Below, in pieces: positions 49,840 to 59,299 of a DNA stretch of 64,000 bases (its first letter is position 1; every line of letters begins with the position of its first letter). The DNA comes from Betaproteobacteria bacterium (GTDB lineage: Bacteria; Pseudomonadota; Gammaproteobacteria; Burkholderiales; Casimicrobiaceae). Location of the stretch: assembly GCA_009778785.1 (NCBI GenBank), contig WRFN01000004.1, forward strand, positions 9,276-73,275. The letters are read 5' to 3'. The translations under genes and the position numbers were made by a program. A model generated the notes under the pieces. That model made no database searches. It was not told where the DNA came from and saw only the letters and a program-made list of their open reading frames with translations.

Positions 49840-52800
49840 AGGTGGCTCCGTTTATTTGGAATCTGTAAATCCAACTGTGTCAAACCTGTTTCATCATAAC
49901 TTATTGACCGGCGCCCTGTCTTCGCCAAAGACGATCTGAAAGACCTGCAAAGTAGATTGCTCAGAAACTGCGTATCACGCAGCATCATCGCGTCGGTCAG
50001 CCCCTCGATGGCCGCTTCCGGCGGTTCCGCTTTCAGAAGAGCTTTTACCATTTCATCGCCAGAATCAAAGCCCTTGATCTCGGCCACCAGTTCAGGATCG
50101 AGCGCGCCATCCTTGGCGGTCATTCCGCGTTCGCGCAGGATTTTGACGAAAGGATGATCGGAAGATAGAGCATGATTGAAACTGACTATATCTTGTAGTA
50201 CAGTATCAATGTCTCTTGAGTCGTTAGACCTGTTGAGCACTGGTTTATCCAGAAGCGGCGGATTATGTCGGCGACTCAGGAGATTTTCTTTTGTCCATAC
50301 GGAATGCAAATACATCCTCTTTGTGTTCTCGTCGCTGCGAACAAGTACGGTCACAATGTCGTCAACACCGCCGATGCGCACCGGCGCCGAAATATAGATA
50401 CTCTCATACTTGCGATTTTTGTCAGGAGCGTTATGAAGAACAACGCGCCCGCGCTCGATAACATTCTTTACCGATGCCAAGGCGTTGGACTTGTCCCGCG
50501 TCATCCCGTGGCCTTGCGTATCACGGATAGATCTGTCGTTAAGTATTACCTCGCCAATATCTGGATTGACAGCCTTGTTTCCCCAACCGTTGAATATCTC
50601 GTTAGCCCACTGACGCACTGCCTTGAATCCTTTCTCAAATGGCGCGGCGTCGACAGGAACACTGGCAACGGGATTGCCTTCGAGAAATTTCGACATTTCG
50701 TATTTTACTGAGTCGCTTTCGTTCAGTCTGACGGGTGGATACATCTCCCGCAACGATCCAATGTCCAGTCGCCCGGCGGCCAGCGCATCGGGATTGACCA
50801 CCTGATCGCCGGGACGCATCTCCCGCGCGCTGTTTGGATCGAAGGCGTCAGAGTAACGCTTGTTTCCGTGAAGCTCATCGTGAAACGCACTCTCCAAATC
50901 GTGAAGATCGACTTTACCGTTGGCATCGGTGGGCAGATAGCCATGTTCGGCCAGCGCTTGCGCCATGTCGTCTAGCGTCCTTCCGCCCTTGGCGCGCAGA
51001 ACCGGCTTCCCGAAAACCGGATTGCCGATCTTCTCAGCCGGATCGACACCCCATTCTCCCATCGCTTGGCGACGGTCGATCCCGCCCAGCTTGGCAATGG
51101 CCGTAAACAGCGAATCGCGGGAAGTGTCGAGCGTGTCGTTTGTCTTGGAGCGTTCAGGCGGAAGACGATCTTCGGGATTGATCTTGCCGGTGAGGAACGC
51201 CCACAACTGATAAATCGGTTCCGACATAACTTCCGTTCGCGCTTCCACCCGAGTCTCACGCCGCGCCGCGATGGACTGCTGGCGCAGTTGCTTCACCATG
51301 TTATTGCGGAGGTTGCTCAGGAACTGCGTATCACGCAGCACCCGCGCGCCGTGTTCCTCGCTGGCCGCGTCGATAGAATCCTGCTGATTCGCAAGATACT
51401 TCTCCCACGCCTCCGGCAGCATTCCCGCTTCCTCCGGCGTTTTGAACATCGCCTCCATGCCTTGCAGTTGGCGCATTTGGTTGATCTGTTCATCGGTGGC
51501 GATCATGCGGTCAAACACCTCGCGCACTTCCGGCGAAAGCTGAACTCCGGGCACATCCTTGTTGTCCTTGTACACGCTCAGCAGCCAATCCTTGAACCGC
51601 CGGAACAAGCCCTCAGTCTCCACGCTGGGCGCTTTGCCCTCGTACAGATAGCGCTCGAAAGCCTCGGCGAATTGCTCGTGATAGGCGCGCTGTTCTTCGG
51701 TAGAGAGCGCATGCCAAGTGTTCAAATCCTGCACCCCAAACCACTTCAAGAGCGTTTGCGCGTCCGCCACCATTTGCGCCCGACCGGCAGCCAGCGGCGC
51801 GCCGTTCGCCTCAGCCTCATTGAGCAGGTTTGCCGCCATATCCATGCGCATGTTCAGGAACCAGTGTCCTGTTTCATGCAGGAAAGTGGAAAGGTTGGCA
51901 TCCGGCGTCAATCCGATGATCCCCTTGGAGCGGTCGTAGAAACCAAAGATGGCGCCTTGCGATTGATTGAGCGTATCTTTGGCGCGTTTGACACGATCCA
52001 CCATATCGGCTACATTACCAACAAGCCCGTCTGTGGGGTGTGCACTACCGGCATCGCCGGTCGCCACCCGCTCAATCCCCGATTCGTCGGGGGCCATCCT
52101 GACGGGCTTTTCTACGTCCAGCGTTTCTATCGTGTAGATAGGATTAGCCTCTTTCGTTGATACCGTTTCCTTGGCCGTGATCTTGACGGCCAGCACTTCG
52201 CCATTCGGCATCATCATCGGCGCCACAAAGCGATGAATGGCTGCTATGTTGCTCGATCCTTTAACGTCGGGATGGCTATGATCCAGCGTCGCATGGCGGA
52301 ACAACTTGTCAGCATTTGCCACTGCCAGAGTGTGGCTTTCAAGAGATACCGACTTAGAAACGGCGGACTCGCTGGTCATCTTGCCGAGATTGGTTTTCGA
52401 CACCATGCCAACGAATCCGGTTTCATCGTTGGTCACTTCCTTGCCGACAAACGCCCCAGCCTGTTCTCTCGCTTCATCGAGCGTTGCCGCTTGGCGCTCC
52501 GGCGTAGCGCGTTCGACAATCTGGTGCGCGTCGCCGGTGCCTTCGGGAGCCTTGCTGTTATCAAATTCAAAAAAATCGCTTCCCGTTCCGTGATACACCA
52601 CCAGCGGCCTACCTTCAGAGTCCACCGCCTTGGAGTCCCCGAACCAGCGCCAGAAGTTTCTGAGTTCTTCTTCCGAATTGGCGATAGGCCGACCCTCGCT
52701 GTTCATGGTGTGGCGTTGCGTTCCGTCAACGTCGATCTTCTCCGGGATGGCGCCCTGATAGAACCGTTCGCCGTGGTTCTTGACAAGATTGTCCCTTGTG

Positions 52801-54128
52801 ATAACATTACGTCGCTGTCGGAACAACTCCCCCAGTGACAATGGCGCACTGGCCCGAGCCGAAGTAGGAGATGATGCCGCCTCTTGAGGCCGCCAAGCTT
52901 CTCTGTGATCTGAACCCACATCATTTGGTGTGGGTTCGTCATTTGTAGCGTCTCCACGGTAGTAAGTCTTTGTCTGCGGTTCACCTGCTTTTGTTCTAAG
53001 CGCCGCTTTAATCCTGCGCCTGAGTATTTCCTGACCCGTTTCTGATTCCGTATGGTTTACCGGAGTGATCGTTTTTATCTCGCCATCGCGCACGGCAGCA
53101 ACGATTGGTTCACCATTTTCCGTGGTTGCGTCAAGCACAATATCAACGCCGCCGTGCGTATGTGGAACTGCCGCAATCGGATCGTGAATCAGCGCCGGAA
53201 GGTTTTGCAGAACTTCCAACGGAACGTCAGGATGGCCTTCGGCAATCTTGTTGGCGTAGGTATTCGACAGCTTCAGTGTCTGGCTTTTCTCGCCAAGGTA
53301 CGACAGCACTACCGGTGTTCTCATCGTGGCCGTGTACTGCGCGCGCCCCGGCTTGAACACCTGAATCGCTTCCTTCCAATTCGCCGCCTCGGCTTCCATC
53401 GTGGTCTTCTGCCACTGGTGAAGTGATTCGTCTCCGGCAAGCTCAGTAGGGATGATCTTGGCGCGGTGCTGTCGATAGAGCGACTCCGCCGTGACGTGCT
53501 TTTCAATCGGCTCGCCTAGATTCATTTGCTCGGCGACGGACTGGAAATGTCGGGCGATCAACGACGCTCGGAAAGCGTTGTCGGAGCGAGTGTGGATTCC
53601 GCCCACTTGGTTCAACTGTTCGAGAATATCGGCGCGTACTGCGTTCATCGGCGAATCAGCCTTGGCTTGCTCGGCCATCTCGACGATGGCCTTTTGCGTT
53701 TGTTCTTCTATCGTGCCTTCCAACTGCTGGCCGCGCACCTCTTTGGCTTCGTGCGGGGTCAGCCCGTCAACGCTGGTGCGGGTGTGTTCGTAGAGCGCTT
53801 TCAGGCGCGGATTGGCTGCCGCCGCCGTGACCATATCGGCGGTTGGAACTTCAATGTCCCCGCCCATATTGCGCGCTGTTTCGACTTGATCGGCAATGGC
53901 CGGAATCGCTTGCGTCAGTTCCTTGTCCAAGCCGGTTTGAAAGAATGCGTCGCCGTCGATGTACACCTTTGGCATGTTGCCATCCAGCATCGCGGCTACG
54001 CCGGAGCGGGCGACTAGGGAAGGCACGACAAAAACGTGTTTACCTATCGCGAGCAGGCGATCAAATGGGCGGATATGAAGGCTTGGAGGATGGAAATCCG
54101 AGGCAATCGTTCGCCGATACGCGCACAT
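49719..54128 (-). CDS. giant multidomain ORF resembling phage/conjugative-element polyvalent proteins (zincin HExxH module, MuF-C/PBECR-like modules); 3' end probably truncated or fused
   Basis: 1469 codons with no signal peptide or TM segment. HETGH at 51864-51878 is followed by HEQFAEAFERYL. RNFWRWFGDSKAVDSEGRPLVVYHGTGSDFFEFD lies at 52560-52661 and GHPDVPLEVLQNLPALIHDP at about 53.2 kb. Two related modules of about 110 aa lie at about 52104-52466 and 50274-50636. The last 76 codons or so read antisense through the AT-rich neighbour. Confidence 0.6.
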   Translation of the reverse strand: MCAYRRTIASDFHPPSLHIRPFDRLLAIGKHVFVVPSLVARSGVAAMLDGNMPKVYIDGDAFFQTGLDKELTQAIPAIADQVETARNMGGDIEVPTADMVTAAAANPRLKALYEHTRTSVDGLTPHEAKEVRGQQLEGTIEEQTQKAIVEMAEQAKADSPMNAVRADILEQLNQVGGIHTRSDNAFRASLIARHFQSVAEQMNLGEPIEKHVTAESLYRQHRAKIIPTELAGDESLHQWQKTTMEAEAANWKEAIQVFKPGRAQYTATMRTPVVLSYLGEKSQTLKLSNTYANKIAEGHPDVPLEVLQNLPALIHDPIAAVPHTHGGVDIVLDATTENGEPIVAAVRDGEIKTITPVNHTESETGQEILRRRIKAALRTKAGEPQTKTYYRGDATNDEPTPNDVGSDHREAWRPQEAASSPTSARASAPLSLGELFRQRRNVITRDNLVKNHGERFYQGAIPEKIDVDGTQRHTMNSEGRPIANSEEELRNFWRWFGDSKAVDSEGRPLVVYHGTGSDFFEFDNSKAPEGTGDAHQIVERATPERQAATLDEAREQAGAFVGKEVTNDETGFVGMVSKTNLGKMTSESAVSKSVSLESHTLAVANADKLFRHATLDHSHPDVKGSSNIAAIHRFVAPMMMPNGEVLAVKITAKETVSTKEANPIYTIETLDVEKPVRMAPDESGIERVATGDAGSAHPTDGLVGNVADMVDRVKRAKDTLNQSQGAIFGFYDRSKGIIGLTPDANLSTFLHETGHWFLNMRMDMAANLLNEAEANGAPLAAGRAQMVADAQTLLKWFGVQDLNTWHALSTEEQRAYHEQFAEAFERYLYEGKAPSVETEGLFRRFKDWLLSVYKDNKDVPGVQLSPEVREVFDRMIATDEQINQMRQLQGMEAMFKTPEEAGMLPEAWEKYLANQQDSIDAASEEHGARVLRDTQFLSNLRNNMVKQLRQQSIAARRETRVEARTEVMSEPIYQLWAFLTGKINPEDRLPPERSKTNDTLDTSRDSLFTAIAKLGGIDRRQAMGEWGVDPAEKIGNPVFGKPVLRAKGGRTLDDMAQALAEHGYLPTDANGKVDLHDLESAFHDELHGNKRYSDAFDPNSAREMRPGDQVVNPDALAAGRLDIGSLREMYPPVRLNESDSVKYEMSKFLEGNPVASVPVDAAPFEKGFKAVRQWANEIFNGWGNKAVNPDIGEVILNDRSIRDTQGHGMTRDKSNALASVKNVIERGRVVLHNAPDKNRKYESIYISAPVRIGGVDDIVTVLVRSDENTKRMYLHSVWTKENLLSRRHNPPLLDKPVLNRSNDSRDIDTVLQDIVSFNHALSSDHPFVKILRERGMTAKDGALDPELVAEIKGFDSGDEMVKALLKAEPPEAAIEGLTDAMMLRDTQFLSNLLCRSFRSSLAKTGRRSISYDETGLTQLDLQIPNKRSHLYPPKLFLMINCLAHSGYPPIPFLKFSTKTKAPETSSSLE
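49957..49984. repeat. 28-bp direct repeat, copy 1 (at GC/AT junction)
   Basis: TTGCTCAGAAACTGCGTATCACGCAGCA is 27/28 identical to 51313-51340. Both copies encode LRDTQFLSN in the giant ORF. Confidence 0.8.
51313..51340. repeat. 28-bp direct repeat, copy 2 (internal to giant ORF)
   Basis: TTGCTCAGGAACTGCGTATCACGCAGCA; see copy 1. Confidence 0.8.
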
Positions 54129-54248
54129 TGCCCCCGATCACTTTCGGAAAATCGCCGATAAACCCGACAAGTTTTGGCGACCAGAGAAGAAACTTGCTAC
54201 AGTCAGGACAGACAGCGAGTCAAAACAGTACGCAAGCCATTGATTTAA

Positions 54249-54324
54249 TGGTGCCGACAGAGAGATTTGAACTCCCGACCAACGGTTTACAAAACCGCTG
54301 CTCTACCAGCTGAGCTATGTCGGC
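54249..54324 (-). tRNA. tRNA-Thr (UGU)
   Basis: rc = GCCGACATAGCTCAGCTGGTAGAGCAGCGGTTTTGTAAACCGTTGGTCGGGAGTTCAAATCTCTCTGTCGGCACCA, 76 nt. It folds as a cloverleaf with anticodon loop TT-TGT-AA and an encoded CCA. Confidence 0.92.
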
Positions 54325-54362
54325 AAGGATGTGCATTGTAGCGCAAAACATGCGAGGTTTTG

Positions 54363-54800
54363 TTATTTCACCAGTTTCAGGTGCGACGAGCGGGCTGGCG
54401 GCGCATCGCTCTTTTTCTTTTCCGGCGCGTCGGGGGCGTTACTGTCATCCGTTGCGCCGGAAGGCGACGCGTTGAAAAACAGCCCGTAGCCGGTTTCCTT
54501 GGCGAAGATCGCCGCCACAGCGGAAAACGGCACTGCGATGTCCTGTGATACGCCGCCAAAGCGCGCCGAAAACAGAATCCAATCGTTGTCGATCATCAAC
54601 TGATGGGTGGTTCGCGCGCTCAGGTTGAAGACGATTTCGCCATTGTTCACGTACGCCATCGGTACGCGAGTTTGATCGTTGACTTTAACGACGAGGTAGG
54701 GCGTCAGGTCTTTCTCGGCGCACCATTCGCACATGGCGCGCACGAGGTAAGGTTTGGCGGAGGCTTCGGCGTTCGCTCTGACGGTTTCGGTTTCGTCCAT
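54363..54800 (-). CDS. sspB: ClpXP adaptor / stringent starvation protein B
   Basis: 145 aa. KPYLVRAMCEWCAEKDLTPYLVV... is followed by an acidic linker and a C-terminal ...SHLKLVK ClpX-binding-type tail. It lies downstream of sspA. Confidence 0.9.
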   Translation of the reverse strand: MDETETVRANAEASAKPYLVRAMCEWCAEKDLTPYLVVKVNDQTRVPMAYVNNGEIVFNLSARTTHQLMIDNDWILFSARFGGVSQDIAVPFSAVAAIFAKETGYGLFFNASPSGATDDSNAPDAPEKKKSDAPPARSSHLKLVK

Positions 54801-54809
54801 CGATCCTGC

Positions 54810-55409
54810 CTACTTGCGCATCCCGCGTTCGGCGGAGGTCAGCGCTTCCGAAAACGCCGGGCGCGAAAACAGCCGTTCGGCGTATTTCATCAGCGGCATC
54901 GCTTGCTTGGGCAGCTCGATTCCGTAGTAATCGAGTCGCCATAGCAGCGGCGTCAGCGCCACGTCTAGCATCGAGTATTCTTCGCCGAGCAGGTATTTGT
55001 GTTTGGCAAACATCGGAATCATTTGCAGCAACACATCGCGCACATGCAGGCGCGCTTTCTCCTGATTTTTGACGCTCTTGCCTTCCAGTTCGCCGATGTG
55101 GGAAAAGATTTCTTTTTCAAAGCGGAACAGGAAATAGCGGGCGCGAGCGCGCATGACCGGATCGGGCGGCATCAGTTGCGGATGCGGGAAACGTTCGTCG
55201 ATGTACTCGTTGATGATGTTCGATTCGTGCAGGATCAGGTCACGCTCGACCAGCACCGGCACTTCGTTGTAGGGGTTCATCAGGGCGATGTCTTCCGATT
55301 TCTTTTCGAGATCGACATCGACGACTTGGAAATCCATTCCTTTTTCATAAAGCACGATGCGACAACGCTGGCTGAACGGGTCCGTCGTCCCGGAATAAAG
55401 GGTCATCAT
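54810..55409 (-). CDS. sspA: stringent starvation protein A (GST-like)
   Basis: The ATG at 55409 gives MMTLYSGTTDPFSQRCRIVLYEKGMDF. The track's TTG at 55439 is the alternative. Confidence 0.9.
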   Translation of the reverse strand: MMTLYSGTTDPFSQRCRIVLYEKGMDFQVVDVDLEKKSEDIALMNPYNEVPVLVERDLILHESNIINEYIDERFPHPQLMPPDPVMRARARYFLFRFEKEIFSHIGELEGKSVKNQEKARLHVRDVLLQMIPMFAKHKYLLGEEYSMLDVALTPLLWRLDYYGIELPKQAMPLMKYAERLFSRPAFSEALTSAERGMRK

Positions 55410-55509
55410 TTGCGGGTTATCTCCAGATAAAGCCGACAATCACTATCGACAAATGCGAAAACATTTATTTTACCCGTTACGACACGGGAAAACTACCCTG
55501 CGGTCGTTT

Positions 55510-56292
55510 TCACTCCGATGCCTGATAACTGCTGCTCTCTGACGCCTGCTCGGCGGGCGCGCTGCGGCGCGTGATGAAACGCGACAAGAGCATTCCGAAT
55601 TCGTAGAGCAGCCAGAGCGGAAATGCCAGGAACAACATTGATAACACGTCGGGCGGCGTCAAGACTGCTGCAACAGCGAACGCGCCGACAATGATGTAAG
55701 CGCGAGCGTTCCTGAGCTGTTCCAGGCTGACGACATTCATATAGACCAACACCATCACGATCACCGGCGTTTCAAAAGTCGCCCCAAAGGCCAGAAACAT
55801 CCTCAGCACGAAGCCCAGATATTTGTCGATATCGGTCATCATGCTGACGCCATCAGGCGTCACGCTGGCGAAAAACTTGAAAGCCATCGGAAACACGACG
55901 AAATAGGCAAATGCCATCCCGAGAAAAAACAGAATCACGCTCGACAGCATCACGGGTATGACCAGCTTTTTTTCGTTCTGGTACAGACCGGGGGCGATGA
56001 ACGCCCATACTTGCCAAAGGAGATACGGCAGCACAATCAGAAACGCCACCATTCCCGTGACTTTCATCGGCACGAAAAACGACGCCGTCACCTCGGTCGC
56101 AATCATCGACGAACCTTGCGGCAGCACCGCCACCAGCGGATGCGCCAGATAAGCGTAAATCTGCTTTGACCAATAAACCAGCGCCAGAAAAACAACGAGA
56201 ACGGCGATGATCGAGCGCATCAAGCGGTTGCGCAACTCGATCAAATGCGAAATAAAGGTTTCCTGCCGAACGTTTTTTTCTTGCTCGTCCAT
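55510..56292 (-). CDS. tatC: twin-arginine translocase subunit TatC
   Basis: Six TM segments and HLIELRNRL near the N-terminus. The ATG at 56292 overlaps the tatB stop; a GTG at 56295 is the alternative. Confidence 0.92.
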   Translation of the reverse strand: MDEQEKNVRQETFISHLIELRNRLMRSIIAVLVVFLALVYWSKQIYAYLAHPLVAVLPQGSSMIATEVTASFFVPMKVTGMVAFLIVLPYLLWQVWAFIAPGLYQNEKKLVIPVMLSSVILFFLGMAFAYFVVFPMAFKFFASVTPDGVSMMTDIDKYLGFVLRMFLAFGATFETPVIVMVLVYMNVVSLEQLRNARAYIIVGAFAVAAVLTPPDVLSMLFLAFPLWLLYEFGMLLSRFITRRSAPAEQASESSSYQASE

Positions 56293-56831
56293 CACGCTTC
56301 CGATTTCTGAGGTACGGTCGGCGGCGCTTCGGGAATGCTCAACGCTACTTCTCCCTGCAAAAAGGCCGGAACCTCTGCCTGTGGTTCGGTCGTCGCTACT
56401 GCGGCAGGTACAACAATCGCCGGAACAGTATCCGCGCTCGCGACATCTGCCGGCGTTTCTGTCAGCGCTTTTTTAGCTTCCGCTTTTGGTACTTGCGCCT
56501 CCGGTTCACCGCTGGCGACACGGCTCAATTCCGCTCCCGCCTCGCGCACGCTGCCCTCGGCCTGCTTTACCGCCTTTTCGGTTTCGTCGACAGCGGCGCG
56601 TATCGACTGCTTGATGTCCTGGCTGATGTCCTGCGCCGACTGCCGGAGTTTTTTCAATTCTTCCAGTTCCAGTTCCCGCTGAATGTCGGCCTTGACTTCA
56701 CCGACGTAGCGTTGCGCCCGTCCCATCAAGAGACCCAGCGTGCGCACCGTCTTTGGCAAGCGCTTGGGGCCGATAACAACCATCGCCACGACAGCGATAA
56801 CGAGAATTTCCGAAAAGCTGATATCGAACAT
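56292..56831 (-). CDS. tatB: twin-arginine translocase subunit TatB
   Basis: The ATG at 56831 gives MFDISFSEILVIAVVAMVVIGPKRLP. Confidence 0.9.
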   Translation of the reverse strand: MFDISFSEILVIAVVAMVVIGPKRLPKTVRTLGLLMGRAQRYVGEVKADIQRELELEELKKLRQSAQDISQDIKQSIRAAVDETEKAVKQAEGSVREAGAELSRVASGEPEAQVPKAEAKKALTETPADVASADTVPAIVVPAAVATTEPQAEVPAFLQGEVALSIPEAPPTVPQKSEA

Positions 56832-56896
56832 AAAATCAAGCGCTCGACGCGCATTTTCCAAGCGCCATCGAACGCCCTCACCCCGGTTTTATCGCG

Positions 56897-57136
56897 CTAT
56901 GCGCGCGTTTTCTCGTCTTCTTTGGTCACTTCGGCATCGAAGGTCTGACCGGGGATTTTCTTCGCTTCCGCGATCTCCGCGTCTTCACTGGTGGCATCTT
57001 TCATGCCTTCCTTGAAACCTTTGACGGCTTTGCCGAGATCGCTGCCCATGCTGCTCAATTTTTTGGTGCCGAAGATCAACACCACCACCAGCAGCAGGAT
57101 CAACCAGTGCCAAATACTAAAACCACCACTAAACAT
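56897..57136 (-). CDS. tatA: twin-arginine translocase subunit TatA
   Basis: 79 aa, [27 protein letters not shown]. Confidence 0.92.
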   Translation of the reverse strand: MFSGGFSIWHWLILLLVVVLIFGTKKLSSMGSDLGKAVKGFKEGMKDATSEDAEIAEAKKIPGQTFDAEVTKEDEKTRA

Positions 57137-57178
57137 TGACTTCTCCTCTTCGCTTCGACGCTCTTGCGTCGGTTTTCC

Positions 57179-57535
57179 TCATCGCACCAACATCGCCCCC
57201 AACGGGTGAGGCCCGCCGATGATGTGAATGTGCAGGTGTGGCACTTCCTGCTGCCCTACCCGTCCGGCGTTGATGATGACCCGGAAACCGTCATCGGCTC
57301 CCTGCGCCACCGCCAGCGTCGGCACCAAAGCCAACATTTTGCCCAAAAGCAGCGCGTCTGTCTTGTCCACCTGCGTCAATGACGCAATATGCTTTTTGGG
57401 AATCACCAGAACATGAACCGGCGCCACCGGCTTGATGTCAAGAAACGCGATCACATCCTCGTCCTCGAAAACCTTTTTGGCGGGAATTTCTCCGCGAACG
57501 ATCTTACAAAAAATACAATCGTCTTGGCTGCTCAT
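57179..57535 (-). CDS. histidine triad (HIT) nucleotide-binding protein
   Basis: 118 aa with CIFCKI and the HIT motif HLHIHIIGG. Confidence 0.9.
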   Translation of the reverse strand: MSSQDDCIFCKIVRGEIPAKKVFEDEDVIAFLDIKPVAPVHVLVIPKKHIASLTQVDKTDALLLGKMLALVPTLAVAQGADDGFRVIINAGRVGQQEVPHLHIHIIGGPHPLGAMLVR

Positions 57536-57608
57536 CGCGCTTTCCTTTTTGCCTTCCCTTCCACTGAGCCGCTAGTGTACCGCACAATAACCGTTGACGT
57601 GACACCGC

Positions 57609-58901
<1,293 letters not shown>

Positions 58902-58958
58902 TTATATTGTGTTTCGTTAAACCGACTGTCCGCGCTTCTGCGTTTATTTTTGTTTTGC

Positions 58959-59255
58959 TCATTTCTGTTTCTGCCGCGCGCGAATTTCCTGTTGCACCTC
59001 CGCCCATTCGGCGGGCGTCAGCGTCGTCATCGACAGCGCGTGCACTTCCTCGTCCATTCGACTGCCCAGCGTTTTGTACACCAACTGATGCCGCTTGACG
59101 CGCGACAAACCTTCAAACGCCACCGTCACGATCAACGCTTCAAAGTGCCGACCGTCGCCGCGCACCTGCACATTTTCGCATTCCAACCCTGCCGCAATCA
59201 TTTGCTGAATGGATTCCGGTGTTACTGCCTCGGTTGTTGCCCTATGAGACTCCAT
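58959..59255 (-). CDS. ibaG: BolA/IbaG-family protein
   Basis: Only the last 98 codons of track ORF 58959-60053 are credible: MESHRATTEAVTPESIQQMIAAGLECENVQVRGDGRHFEALIVTVAFEGLSRVKRHQLVY... It sits immediately upstream of murA, as is usual. Confidence 0.8.
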   Translation of the reverse strand: MESHRATTEAVTPESIQQMIAAGLECENVQVRGDGRHFEALIVTVAFEGLSRVKRHQLVYKTLGSRMDEEVHALSMTTLTPAEWAEVQQEIRARQKQK

Positions 59256-59299
59256 CGTTGCTTTCTCTTTGTTTCTTGCACAGCCCACTTCAAACCCTC

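Larger units (their letters stand above)
48436..54248. mobile_element. decayed tRNA-Thr-associated genomic islet (no integrase or transposase seen)
   Basis: It lies between the core fumarate hydratase gene and the 3' end of tRNA-Thr(UGU). It contains only unknown or mobile-element-type ORFs, and is a compositional mosaic (AT-rich from 48.5 to 49.95 kb, host-like GC beyond). Confidence 0.45.

Noticed and set aside
49841-49866. GGTGGCTCCGTTTATTTGGAATC resembles a degenerate tRNA 3' end, so it could be an att remnant for the tRNA-Thr islet. A similar case is CGGCAGAGTGAAAT at 48467-48480.
   Set aside because: Only about 14/25 and 10/14 matches to the tRNA-Thr 3' end by eye, which is within chance expectation. 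It needs a proper alignment.
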